Below, in pieces: positions 50,074-59,610 of a stretch of 64,000 nt of DNA. Both the position numbers and the translations under genes were made by a program. Positions within the stretch are counted from its first letter, which is position 1; each line of letters starts with the position of its first letter. Origin of the DNA: a virus. The notes beneath the pieces were generated by a model. It saw only the letters and a program-made list of their open reading frames with translations, searched no databases and was not told where the DNA came from. The stretch is taken from IMG/VR virus record IMGVR_UViG_3300006001_000012; one strand, written 5' to 3'.

Positions 50074-50643
50074 TTAATTTCTCCAGATGTCATCGTCCTG
50101 TTTCTTGACTGCTGCCTTTACCGTAATAGGTTCAGGCTCTTTTAGCTGTTCTTTTGTTTCTGTTTCTGTTTTTGAAGGAACAGGCACAAAAGTAGTAACA
50201 GGGGTAGGCAATACGGAAGATTTGACAAAAGATACCACAGAGGTTTCTTCGTCTGTTCTTTCTGGTACTTCTGCTTCTGCTGTTTCTTCTTCATCTACAA
50301 TAATGAAACCAGGTTTTTTCTTCGGTTTCATATATTTAAGATGTTCATTTTCCTTGAAGAAAAGACGTATTGCGCCCACAGGAATTTTCATATGTGTGGC
50401 AATCTCTGTTCGGGTCATTCCTGTTCCCATCAGTTCAATGACCTTGTCTTCGGTAATCACGTCTTTAAACTCCGCATAGCTTTTCTTATTTTTATAAGCA
50501 GCTAATTTAGGGTGCATGAACAGGCGTTTCAAATCCATTGCACGCAGTTCATATTTTTCTCCGATTTCCTTTCGCGTAACTCCTGCTTCGCACAGGGCTA
50601 TTACGTCTTTGATTTTTACTTCCTTAATCTTTACGGGTATCAT
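50074..50643 (-). CDS. Putative DNA-binding protein with two HTH-like repeats
   Basis: VIALCEAGVTRKEIGEKYEL...LKRLF.HPKL is echoed by VIELMGTGMTRTEIATHMKI...IRLFF...HL. Confidence 0.55.
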   Translation of the reverse strand: MIPVKIKEVKIKDVIALCEAGVTRKEIGEKYELRAMDLKRLFMHPKLAAYKNKKSYAEFKDVITEDKVIELMGTGMTRTEIATHMKIPVGAIRLFFKENEHLKYMKPKKKPGFIIVDEEETAEAEVPERTDEETSVVSFVKSSVLPTPVTTFVPVPSKTETETKEQLKEPEPITVKAAVKKQDDDIWRN

Positions 50644-50644
50644 C

Positions 50645-50956
50645 TTATTTGTTTGTTATCATTATTAAAATAATCTTCGCTATGAGAAGCATAAAACAGG
50701 GCACTAATACAAAGTAATTCACCGTCCTGTTATATACTCTGTAATCCTTGTCTCTGGTCAGACTTACCGATTCGCTTACCAATGCGTATCCCGTAATCAA
50801 AGCCATGACAAAGCTCAGTATGTATCCCGTGCACCATACGTGCAGGGGATACTCATTTTTGTAGGGTTCAAAAAACCACTTGAAATAAGCCGTAAAAGCC
50901 ACCGAGTTAGCCATTCCAAAATGAATGAAAAACAACCATTTTTTCAGCTTTTGCAT
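50645..50956 (-). CDS. Small membrane protein with three predicted TM segments
   Basis: Three hydrophobic stretches in 103 aa. Confidence 0.6.
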   Translation of the reverse strand: MQKLKKWLFFIHFGMANSVAFTAYFKWFFEPYKNEYPLHVWCTGYILSFVMALITGYALVSESVSLTRDKDYRVYNRTVNYFVLVPCFMLLIAKIILIMITNK

Positions 50957-50957
50957 A

Positions 50958-51647
50958 TCAGTATTTCAAAAGTTTCTGCACTACAAAATTGTAATCATTG
51001 TCAATGATCGGTTCAAAGAGACTTTGCGGACTTCTTACGGTATTGAATCCGTCATTTTCCGTTTCAAGCACATACTTGGTAGTAGTGCCTTCTCTTAATG
51101 CTCTGGTATAAAGCACGGTTTCAAATTTGCCTTCCAATTGCATTTTGGTAGCCATGTTTCCGATAGTCTTTAACCGATACCTCACGTCATTTCCTTTCTT
51201 GAACTCTTCGGTATGTCCCGTAAGAAAAGCAAATCTGTTTTCTTCAAAGACTCCCGCTTCCAATGCGCTTTTGATGTGATCCGTAATTTCCTGATACGTT
51301 TTTGGAATTACGTGATAAGGATTTATCGGAGCGCGTTTTGTGCCGTACTCTTCTCTTCCTCCTACCCATACGGGATCTTTTTTGTCCGCATTAAACCAGA
51401 TATTGGATTTGTGAGGGAAATTTCTCATCGCGGTGCTCTTGCCTGTGCCTGGTTCTCCTAACACCAAGATAGTGTTAAATCCCATGTTCTGCAAGTCAGA
51501 ATTGAAAGTCCAGATATCTACTCCCCAATCCCTCCATTTGTCATAACCTGGTTTCTTCACCGCAGTCATGTACATTTCAGTTTGAATACCCGTGAGCGTA
51601 TCCACGCACACGGTTCTCAGTCTCGTTTTCTTTTTTTCTTGTTCCAT
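50958..51647 (-). CDS. AAA_24/Sak4-like P-loop ATPase with rearranged motif order
   Basis: Walker A GEPGTGKST at 51432-51458. The Walker B-like RTVCVD and GYDKW segments are N-terminal to it. Family-typical FLTGH, KTIG.M, LEG.F..VLY, SP..LF and IDND follow. Confidence 0.85.
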   Translation of the reverse strand: MEQEKKKTRLRTVCVDTLTGIQTEMYMTAVKKPGYDKWRDWGVDIWTFNSDLQNMGFNTILVLGEPGTGKSTAMRNFPHKSNIWFNADKKDPVWVGGREEYGTKRAPINPYHVIPKTYQEITDHIKSALEAGVFEENRFAFLTGHTEEFKKGNDVRYRLKTIGNMATKMQLEGKFETVLYTRALREGTTTKYVLETENDGFNTVRSPQSLFEPIIDNDYNFVVQKLLKY

Positions 51648-51666
51648 ACTTTATTTATTTAGTTGT

Positions 51667-52065
51667 TTATTTTGCGTTTCTCAATCCCTCGATACATCTG
51701 GGCAGATCCTTTACATCGCTGAAAAATTCATCGTCTTTAATGTCTCCCGAAAAAAACTCTGAGGCTGCAATTGACAGATTTTGATCGGGATGCCATATTC
51801 TGAAAGTCTCTTTGCTGATCTGAATGAAAATGTGAAATTGCTCTCTTTCGTCAGATCCTATCAGATATTCCGTTCTGATTTCTTTAAAAGACAGTTTGCT
51901 TCTAAACAGGATCACGTTGATATGACAATTTGATTTGTCCTCTTTGGTCAAAAACTTTTTTCCGAGATCTATAAATTGTCCTTCCGCTACTTCGTTTATC
52001 ACGTTGTACATAGTAGCTTTCTCTTGAGGAGAATAGGAATAAAATTCTAACAAGTAAGTGTTCAT
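51667..52065 (-). CDS. Hypothetical protein, paralog 3 of a tandem family
   Basis: MNTYLLEFYS...ILFRSKLSFKEI...IFIQI. Confidence 0.7.
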   Translation of the reverse strand: MNTYLLEFYSYSPQEKATMYNVINEVAEGQFIDLGKKFLTKEDKSNCHINVILFRSKLSFKEIRTEYLIGSDEREQFHIFIQISKETFRIWHPDQNLSIAASEFFSGDIKDDEFFSDVKDLPRCIEGLRNAK

Positions 52066-52068
52066 TTT

Positions 52069-52524
52069 TTAACGTTTTCTTTTATTTTGAAAATTTTTGT
52101 AATGCGTAAGCAGTTCCGATATCCTGAAAATGAGCAACATTTGATCATCTGTAAGCAATTTTTCAAGTTTCTCAGAAGTCTCTTTAAAGAATACTTGAAT
52201 GGATCTGTCAAGAAGAGGACTTTCATGACTGTATATAATCATATCGGGTTCTTTGAGAGAAATGAAATAATATTCAATGTCTCTCTTTTTCTCCTTTATT
52301 AATATATCCAATTCTTTAATAGAAAATCTGCTTCTGAATACAAATACAGATTCTCCCATACTGCAAGGTTTCATTCTTCCATCTTGTTCTTCAAAACCTC
52401 TATCTTCTCCGAACTCTCTTTCAGAAACTACTACGTGTTCTTCAAACGCATCTTTTATATCCACAAACATATCATGAATAGGATCTAAAGCATAAGATAC
52501 TACATGCAAAAAATAGGTGTTCAT
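52069..52524 (-). CDS. Hypothetical protein, paralog 2 of a tandem family
   Basis: MNTYFLHVVS...FVFRSRFSIKEL...YFISL. Confidence 0.7.
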   Translation of the reverse strand: MNTYFLHVVSYALDPIHDMFVDIKDAFEEHVVVSEREFGEDRGFEEQDGRMKPCSMGESVFVFRSRFSIKELDILIKEKKRDIEYYFISLKEPDMIIYSHESPLLDRSIQVFFKETSEKLEKLLTDDQMLLIFRISELLTHYKNFQNKRKR

Positions 52525-53477
52525 TTTTTCTTTGATTTTAATTTTTTGGAATTAGGAACATCTATATCAAAATCCTCTCCTTTCTTTTCGGCATCGGGAA
52601 CAGGTTTGTCTTTTGTCATAAATTTATTTATTTCCGAAACATCAGGCATGTAATCCCATCCTTTTTCGATTTTTTTCTTTATGACAAAAAGAACAAGAGG
52701 ATTGATTTTTTCATAAATATCTCCCCATGAAAGGTAATGTCCTCTGATATCAAGATTATCTACAATTCCTTTTATCAATGACATAGTGCTTGACTGAGTA
52801 TATATAAGCATATTTGTAATGCGAGCCATTTCAGCATCGCTTAACTCTTCCATATACCTTTTACATCCCTCTTTTTTTACTTTGTCATTTTCAATTTCCC
52901 TTTTTCTGATGCCTTCGTTAATCTCTGCCAATTGCTTCTTAATCTCTTCGCGAGAGTCAGAAGGTTCTTTGTCAATGGTTAAAGATTTCTTTTCTTCTTC
53001 CTCTTCTTCATTCTTCTTTACATTTTCAGAACTCAATATCTGCACCAATTCGCGTTTTCCCTGTACTTCATCTAAGCGATATACGGGAAAATTAACGGAG
53101 GTTTCTGTTCTGTATCCTCCTTCTAATCTGCGTTTAAGAGTTTCATTGTCGGGATTAGGCATGTAGTATCCCCATTTTAGAAACTCATGTACAAAGTTTT
53201 TCAATCCTTCTTCTTTGGTATTAAAAAACATTAAATTTTCGTTGCCTTCGTATTTCAAAGGAATCAGGATATACACTAACCCTTCATAAGACATGTGATT
53301 GCAGAAGAACTGCATTTCCTTCCATGATTTGGAAGAGCGAAACAAATACAGAAAGGAATATACGTCATCTTCTTTGATGACGATAAATTCTCCTTCTATA
53401 ATTTCCGAAAATAAACCAAATATATTATTTGGTTCGGCAGGCAAATGGGAGTGTATCTTTAAAAAATAGGTGGTCAT
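52521..53477 (-). CDS. Hypothetical protein, paralog 1 of a tandem family, with a C-terminal extension
   Basis: MTTYFLKIHS...YLFRSSKSWKEM...ILIPL. Confidence 0.7.
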   Translation of the reverse strand: MTTYFLKIHSHLPAEPNNIFGLFSEIIEGEFIVIKEDDVYSFLYLFRSSKSWKEMQFFCNHMSYEGLVYILIPLKYEGNENLMFFNTKEEGLKNFVHEFLKWGYYMPNPDNETLKRRLEGGYRTETSVNFPVYRLDEVQGKRELVQILSSENVKKNEEEEEEKKSLTIDKEPSDSREEIKKQLAEINEGIRKREIENDKVKKEGCKRYMEELSDAEMARITNMLIYTQSSTMSLIKGIVDNLDIRGHYLSWGDIYEKINPLVLFVIKKKIEKGWDYMPDVSEINKFMTKDKPVPDAEKKGEDFDIDVPNSKKLKSKKK

Positions 53478-53752
53478 AAGTCGTTGTTTAAAATTTTATT
53501 CAGAAAAGTTTTTTTGGCTTCCAATTCTTCTTTGTAAAAGGCTTGGTCTTTCTTGGACATGGAATTATAAATGCGTTCCATTTCCTCGATTTCAAGTTCG
53601 CATACTGATTTGAAATGCGTAATCGCGGCTTTTGCTTTCTTTAAAGCATTGGTTACCGTCATCATATACACGCCTTGTTCATTTAAAGCAGGAGATGCCA
53701 TTTCATAAAGAGTAGAACGGGGTACGGAGGGTTTCTTCTTTGCGGTTTTCAT
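53474..53752 (-). CDS. Hypothetical helical protein
   Basis: 92-aa ORF with an ATGA overlap to the downstream gene. Confidence 0.6.
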   Translation of the reverse strand: MKTAKKKPSVPRSTLYEMASPALNEQGVYMMTVTNALKKAKAAITHFKSVCELEIEEMERIYNSMSKKDQAFYKEELEAKKTFLNKILNNDL

Positions 53753-53791
53753 AATTTTTATCTGTTTTGGACTTGTAATTTATTAAATATT

Positions 53792-54910
53792 TCAATTGAG
53801 AGGCTCAAAAGTTTTAAAATTTCCGAGCATGTTTACCTTAAAATGCTGAGGATATGCAGTATGCCTGCTTTCTACTAAATGAATACTTCTCATGTTAGGA
53901 TAGAGCTGATTATTGTACCCGTCTTTGATTTTCATCCCGAAATGTTCTTTTAGATGATATTTATCGTCATTGGGGTTCATCAAAGTAAATAAATAATCGC
54001 TGTCCTCCGAGAGGTTATTGGTATCCTTCACGTCCTCTGCGGTAGGGTATAACAAGTCTCTTGAAAATTTCAATCTGTCTTGATCCACAATACTGCGATT
54101 TGTATGAATAATATGAATAAAGGAAAACTTGCATAAGTTCCTCAGTATCACCGTGTATTCTACAAATTTGTCAATATTCTGCTTCATGGTAAATCCCTGT
54201 TCAAGAATAAATTTTCGCAGATGGTCTGTAATCACTACGGTGTATTTATCGGGATTGTCGGGTACATACCCTACTATCCTTTCTCCGTTTCCAAACCTGT
54301 TTTTTATTATTCTTCCCTGAGATTCCGCATGACTCATCAAATGCTTATAAATTCCCGTAGGGTTATTTCTGTCCTCATTAAAGAAAATAGCTCCTTTCTT
54401 TATCAGATTTCCGTATTCGTCATACTCTCCGAATAAAGGCACTATTCTTTTTTCATACACCGTTTTCAAAGCATTTTTCACCGATTCGCATACGGGAATT
54501 AAATTCCCTTCGTCATCTTGAATCCTGCCCCGAAGATAATCGGGACAGAAGTCAATGATGTCTTTTCCTTTTTTCAAGGCGTTATTGGGAAGTTTGATTT
54601 TCTCTATCCCAAAATCGTGATGCAGAAAGTAAGCCGCAAAATCAAATTCCTTGCTGATGCGGTCTATTTCATAGGAATTGTAAATCCATTCTATCTGGAT
54701 GTTATTCTTTATCGCATATATCCAGGGATTTATCAGAAACGCATAATCCACGAAGGTGGACTTTCCTACCTTAGCTCCGCTTGCCACCGAATAAATTCTC
54801 CCTTTCTGCAATCCGTTAATGGCATTGGTTACATTGATAAGTCCGTCTCCCAACGGGATTCCTTTATTTCCTCCTTGTTGTCCTTTCTTAAACTCAAGAA
54901 TGAAATTCAT
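53792..54910 (-). CDS. dnaB: DnaB-like (SF4) replicative helicase
   Basis: INGLQKGRIYSVASGAKVGKST (Walker A), SYE, VVITDHL (Walker B), IIHTNR, DVKDT..L.EDSD and ESR. Confidence 0.85.
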   Translation of the reverse strand: MNFILEFKKGQQGGNKGIPLGDGLINVTNAINGLQKGRIYSVASGAKVGKSTFVDYAFLINPWIYAIKNNIQIEWIYNSYEIDRISKEFDFAAYFLHHDFGIEKIKLPNNALKKGKDIIDFCPDYLRGRIQDDEGNLIPVCESVKNALKTVYEKRIVPLFGEYDEYGNLIKKGAIFFNEDRNNPTGIYKHLMSHAESQGRIIKNRFGNGERIVGYVPDNPDKYTVVITDHLRKFILEQGFTMKQNIDKFVEYTVILRNLCKFSFIHIIHTNRSIVDQDRLKFSRDLLYPTAEDVKDTNNLSEDSDYLFTLMNPNDDKYHLKEHFGMKIKDGYNNQLYPNMRSIHLVESRHTAYPQHFKVNMLGNFKTFEPLN

Positions 54911-55461
54911 TGCAGGGTATTGGTAAGATTTTCTTTCTTCCCTTCTGCAATTTTCAATTGTTCCTGTCTTATGTCAAGCCAGTTTTCAAGGTCTGAAATT
55001 CGATCTGCTCCCGATCCTTTCTCTATGAAATAATGAGGAAAGCGAATATACATGGGATCTGTATTGCACAGATACATCCAAGTCGCTTCCAATACGTCTT
55101 TTTTCCTTACTTCTGGATTTCTGGCAAAGAACTTTCTCATGCGAGCCATAGATTCTCTTACGTTTCCTCCTTTTTCTGGATTTCTCGTTTTAAACAGTTC
55201 CACATACTCGGTTTTAACCCATTCAAAATGATTGAGAGGCAATTCTTCCTGTATGTCGGGTACGTCAAAAAGAGGAATATTCCACATGATTTTTCCGTTC
55301 TCTTCGCAAAGAATATTTGCGGCATTTACTTTTGACTTAGCCAATTCAGGTATGGTACTCGGTTTTAAATCGAAGTATGTAGCCAATAAAAAGCAAAGTC
55401 CGTCATCTTTGGGAATATCAAATTCCGCAAAGACTTCCATTATCTTATCGTTGATTTTCAT
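54907..55461 (-). CDS. Hypothetical replication-module protein
   Basis: 184 aa, coupled by ATGA overlaps between the SF2 helicase and DnaB. An initiator or loader role is only a guess. Confidence 0.6.
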   Translation of the reverse strand: MKINDKIMEVFAEFDIPKDDGLCFLLATYFDLKPSTIPELAKSKVNAANILCEENGKIMWNIPLFDVPDIQEELPLNHFEWVKTEYVELFKTRNPEKGGNVRESMARMRKFFARNPEVRKKDVLEATWMYLCNTDPMYIRFPHYFIEKGSGADRISDLENWLDIRQEQLKIAEGKKENLTNTLQ

Positions 55462-56597
55462 GCGTTGGCATTTGGGTTGTTAAAATAAATCTCACGCACT
55501 TTGCTTCTGTCAAATCTGTCTAATACAAGCTGTACCCATTTCTCGTCCTGAGTTTCCTCAAGCACGAATAACCAGATATGCGCTTTGTAGTCAGGTTGCA
55601 TCAGCAAAGTACGCGAGATCTTTTGCGAAACCATTCCGTTCTTGTCAGAATTTGCCTGAGTGATTACAAGGTTGTCTATTTCCTTGTAAGTGTACCCAGT
55701 GCCTCCCGAATTGACCATTGCAATTCTTTCGATTTTATCCTCTTGAAATAACTTCAAGCATTTATCGTCAGTTTTGCTATGGAAAGTATAAGGGCACAGC
55801 GTTTTGGCTTGTTTGATATTATCGGCAAAGATTAAGGTTTTACCCTTAATTTCTTGTCCTAAATAATACTTCACAGCCGCTAACTTGGAAGGGGAATTGC
55901 CAATGAAACGCATCCTTGCAAAGATGCGAAACATTAAGCCTTTGTTTGAAGTGCCATCGCGTTTGGCAGTTTCAATGGCTTGAGACAAATACTCGTAATT
56001 CCTCCTTTCCGATGTCCAAAAGCACATCTGAGGTTTACTGATCAATAAGTTATTTCTCTCGTCCAATTTCACCCTTACTAAAGTAATATCATAATTCGAT
56101 AAAATGCCTGCTTCTACCGCTTCATTGATATTTACGCTGTATAAAATTCTATTCAATCCCAATTGCATGTACAGTTCTTTTTTATGAGAGTGTTCGGTAG
56201 GCACTCCCGTCATGGAGATCATGTAATTACAACTGAGATTTTTGCTTATCAGATTTATGGCATTGTTCTCGGTGAGGCATTGTTCTTCATCGAGCACTAT
56301 CATATCGTAATGACCTGTTGCCTTATGCAATGACGCATAAGTTACGAATGTAGTGCTTTTTAAATATTCCGAGACTTCCCATTTGACAAATTCTGCGGGA
56401 AGGTCAATCTCGCATAGTTTGGCAGAAGGGCTTGCCCATAATATAGAAGAAGGTTTCTCTCTTCTTATTATGTCCGTCATCAATTTGGTTTTCCCGAAAC
56501 GGGGCGCAAGCAATAACCTACCGCTAGGTTTAGAAGGCAGGGAGGCGATGATTTCTTCCTGCATTAATGTCTTGCTGTCTGGCTGTGTTTTACTCAT
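55458..56597 (-). CDS. Superfamily 2 helicase/ATPase
   Basis: Q motif, LAPRFGKT, TYASL, IVLDEEQ, SMTG, TLIFA, GTG and QKISR. Confidence 0.85.
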   Translation of the reverse strand: MSKTQPDSKTLMQEEIIASLPSKPSGRLLLAPRFGKTKLMTDIIRREKPSSILWASPSAKLCEIDLPAEFVKWEVSEYLKSTTFVTYASLHKATGHYDMIVLDEEQCLTENNAINLISKNLSCNYMISMTGVPTEHSHKKELYMQLGLNRILYSVNINEAVEAGILSNYDITLVRVKLDERNNLLISKPQMCFWTSERRNYEYLSQAIETAKRDGTSNKGLMFRIFARMRFIGNSPSKLAAVKYYLGQEIKGKTLIFADNIKQAKTLCPYTFHSKTDDKCLKLFQEDKIERIAMVNSGGTGYTYKEIDNLVITQANSDKNGMVSQKISRTLLMQPDYKAHIWLFVLEETQDEKWVQLVLDRFDRSKVREIYFNNPNANA

Positions 56598-56625
56598 TGG
56601 TAATCATTTGAAGGGTTAATAACAT

Positions 56626-59007
56626 TTAAAAGGACTCATTTGCGTCATTTGAATCATTTGTCAAATCAATTAAGAAATCAGGTTTAATCATTTTAAAATC
56701 AGTGGTTTTCTTTTTTAACTCTAGTTTTTTCAATTTTTCTTGTTCTTTTTGAATTTTCATTTGAATCTTTTCTTGCTCTTTTTTAATTCTCATTTGCTCT
56801 TTTTGGATTTTCATTTGTTCTTTCATTTGTTCTTTTTGGATTCTCATTTGCTCTCTTTTAATTCTCATTTGTTCTTTCTTTTGAATCTTTTCTTGCTCTT
56901 TTTGAAGTCTCATTTGTTCTCTCATTTGCTTCTTTTCTAATTTCATTTGAATCTTCTGTAACTTTTGTTCTTCCTCGTTAATGGGAAACAGTACGGAATC
57001 AATGATTTTTTTGGCTTCTGCCACGTAATATTCTTGGAAGATCAATCCCTTGATGTAATCTTCGTCAAATTTACTCAAATCATTCAGGGGGGTACACAGC
57101 CAACCCGATTCTAAATTTATTTCCCGTGCTCCTTCCAAATGCTTCAAAGAAGGCATCAACTTGATCAGAGTCTCGCCTTCTCCCGCTATTTTGGAGTACC
57201 TTCGCTCCTTGTGTAATAGGGATCTACCCGATACAATATAGCGCGTAATGCGCTGCAAGGTGTAATCATGAGACAAGTCGCCCTGCTCATCGTGAGTCCT
57301 GCTTATTAAATAGCTGCCCTTGTTCAGTTTGGTTCTTTTAAAGAAATCATAGACATTGTCGTGCTTGGCAAGAAATTCCTCAGGAGGAGTTCCATGAATG
57401 AAAAAAGCCTCTGCGGCTTTCTGCACCGCAAGCATCGAGAAATCTTTATGAAGCTCCAACTCAGACGGGGATTCATCATAGATAAAAGCAGTACCTTTCC
57501 GTTTAACTTGACCGTTTCCTTTGACAGCCATGTAATTGTTTACGTCTTTAATTATCATTTTCTTATAAAACGCATATTCTAATTTTAATTTGCTCATTTC
57601 TTCCCATGAATAACACAGATGCCATAACATGTGCATATCGCGTACATGTACTTTTACGGTAATGCCGTCTGTATTCACTTGCAATATAACTACGTCATTC
57701 AATTCTTCGACAATAGACTCGCATAACATGCAAATCAATAGTTGTCCGTTAATGGTGGTCGTTACCGTATATTGCATATCATATAAAGGAGAAAATGCGG
57801 AATTGCTTTTTCCGTAAGCTCCGTTTAATGCCAATTTGTATGCCAGATTTTCCACAGTTCCTTTTCCGTATTTCTTTCTTTCCTCGTAAATAGATTCGTA
57901 AATATCGCAGAACTCTTCTCCTAAATGGGCAGGATAATACCGATTTTGTATGGCTAAATTAGGATAAAAAGAAGAAATGTCAATGTCTATTATTTCATAT
58001 TCCTCGTTGCTCTCATATATTCCTGGTTTAGTTACTCCGTGTATTCCTCCCGCTCCGAAATCATATTGAAATCCTTTATAGACTAAATTCAGATTTTTCT
58101 GCTTTTCTCTTACTAAGTTCTCTTTATAAAATGGTTTCAGTATTTCTAATTCTTCTAAAGGCAACTTTACAAAAGCATTTCTCATGTCATATATCACTTT
58201 GCTTTTAAAGTATTGAAGAAGTCTGTCAAAAGGTTCTGTTTGAAATTGTATGTAGGGGAATATGGTATCCTTTACGACTACAAATTCTCTTTTGGTATTG
58301 CGCGGCACTCTTTTTTTTGAACCATATCCTGTGTCCTCATACTCATATACTATGTCTGCTCCCAATTTCTTTACGATTTCCATTATCAGTATGGTTTCTC
58401 CTATTCTGGGAGAACTGTAATTGGTAAAATCCTTTCCGTATTTTTTTGACAGTTTCTCTCTCAGTTCTATTTCGGCAATGCTTTTGAAATACAGTTTTTC
58501 CGTAGCCAATACGTCATTTTTGCAATACTCTTCTACTTGTTCTATTTGATTTTCTTGCAAGGCTTTGTCAAATTCAAAAGGAGTTTCCGCAATATTGTCC
58601 ATCCTCATGTTAAATTCCAACAGTTTCAAGGAAGCAGATTTTGCCTTGTTGTCAAAATGATGAATTTTATAGAGGTCAATTTGTTTGAGTTTTGTATTGT
58701 TTGCGTAATGCGCAGACTCTTCTTCTATCAACAGATTTGAAAATGTATGCAGTTTATGACAAAATTCTTCGGGTTTAAATCCCCATAACTGAGTAATGGC
58801 ATGGTCTAATACGGGGTAATCGTAGTGCTGATTGTTAAATCCTATCATTTCTTTTACATTAGAAGCCAAGAAATGCAGGAGTTTTTCTCTTTCGTCTTTA
58901 AAAGGACTTATTTGAAAGGTATAAAATTGATTTGCGTTTTTGAAACAAATCAGAAACAGATTCGGATAGACTTCCAAATCATAAATCCATCTTCTTGGAT
59001 TAGTCAT
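56626..59007 (-). CDS. polB: Family B DNA polymerase with 3'-5' exonuclease
   Basis: Exo I YDLEVY, Exo II GFNNQHYDY, Exo III YCKNDV; motif A DISSFYPN, motif B KLALNGAYGK, motif C NTDG. Confidence 0.95.
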   Translation of the reverse strand: MTNPRRWIYDLEVYPNLFLICFKNANQFYTFQISPFKDEREKLLHFLASNVKEMIGFNNQHYDYPVLDHAITQLWGFKPEEFCHKLHTFSNLLIEEESAHYANNTKLKQIDLYKIHHFDNKAKSASLKLLEFNMRMDNIAETPFEFDKALQENQIEQVEEYCKNDVLATEKLYFKSIAEIELREKLSKKYGKDFTNYSSPRIGETILIMEIVKKLGADIVYEYEDTGYGSKKRVPRNTKREFVVVKDTIFPYIQFQTEPFDRLLQYFKSKVIYDMRNAFVKLPLEELEILKPFYKENLVREKQKNLNLVYKGFQYDFGAGGIHGVTKPGIYESNEEYEIIDIDISSFYPNLAIQNRYYPAHLGEEFCDIYESIYEERKKYGKGTVENLAYKLALNGAYGKSNSAFSPLYDMQYTVTTTINGQLLICMLCESIVEELNDVVILQVNTDGITVKVHVRDMHMLWHLCYSWEEMSKLKLEYAFYKKMIIKDVNNYMAVKGNGQVKRKGTAFIYDESPSELELHKDFSMLAVQKAAEAFFIHGTPPEEFLAKHDNVYDFFKRTKLNKGSYLISRTHDEQGDLSHDYTLQRITRYIVSGRSLLHKERRYSKIAGEGETLIKLMPSLKHLEGAREINLESGWLCTPLNDLSKFDEDYIKGLIFQEYYVAEAKKIIDSVLFPINEEEQKLQKIQMKLEKKQMREQMRLQKEQEKIQKKEQMRIKREQMRIQKEQMKEQMKIQKEQMRIKKEQEKIQMKIQKEQEKLKKLELKKKTTDFKMIKPDFLIDLTNDSNDANESF
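56733..56958 (-). repeat. Degenerate 21-/12-nt tandem repeats encoding a QMRIQKE-type coiled coil at the PolB C-terminus
   Basis: KIQMKLEKKQMREQMRLQKEQEKIQKKEQMRIKREQMRIQKEQMKEQMKIQKEQMRIKKEQEKIQMKIQKEQEK. Confidence 0.9.
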
Positions 59008-59061
59008 ATATTGCAGTTTTAGGGTTGATTTGCAGTTTGTTGTCTGTTAGAATAAAAAGGA

Positions 59062-59105
59062 AAGAAAGCAAACGCGGGAACTGCAAGAAACCGCGCTGCT
59101 TTCTT
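59062..59105 (-). promoter_or_regulatory. Stem-loop (terminator/attenuator-like) in the polB leader
   Basis: aagaaagca-aa-cgcgg-N13-ccgcg-c-tgctttctt, followed on the - strand by TCCTTTTTATT. Confidence 0.65.
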
Positions 59106-59136
59106 ATCCACACTTAACACCAATCTATTTTGCCAA

Positions 59137-59574
59137 TTATTTTGTACTCCACTTAATACGTCTTAACAGCACAGGAAGTTCTTTATTCTTAAAAAATATA
59201 TAGACGTTGTATCCCTGAAGGGTAGGCTGTAAGTATTTATAGGGTCTTAGCATGGTCTCGTATTGATTGAGACCGTGAATTTCGACCCCTCCGAAATCAT
59301 CGCATATGATCTGTTCGTAGTTCAATACTTCTTTGGCTATGGTATAGTCTGGAAAACCTGCTCCGCTGATATGACACAGGTGTTCAAAATGCTGTTCATA
59401 TTCAATATAATGTTTCAGCATCCTCTGACCGTTCCTCTCCTGTTCATATTCTTGTTCAAGAGTAAGCGGTTTTTTATACGAAGGTTTTCGCTCCCTCTCT
59501 ATGGTAAAAGAGGCTTGCGGAATTGCTTTTTGAAACGTGAAGCATAAACACAAAATACACATTAGAGTTTTCAT
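59137..59574 (-). CDS. Hypothetical protein with a signal-peptide-like N-terminus
   Basis: MKTLMCILCLCFTFQKAIPQA; 145 aa. Confidence 0.55.
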   Translation of the reverse strand: MKTLMCILCLCFTFQKAIPQASFTIERERKPSYKKPLTLEQEYEQERNGQRMLKHYIEYEQHFEHLCHISGAGFPDYTIAKEVLNYEQIICDDFGGVEIHGLNQYETMLRPYKYLQPTLQGYNVYIFFKNKELPVLLRRIKWSTK

Positions 59575-59610
59575 ACGATTTGAAATTTAAGTTAAAGGTA
59601 CAAATTTTAG

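Noticed and set aside
53792..59007. Inteins or group I introns in PolB, the helicases or the primase
   Set aside because: Catalytic motifs are normally spaced, with no C...HN splice junctions, LAGLIDADG/HNH motifs or split frames.
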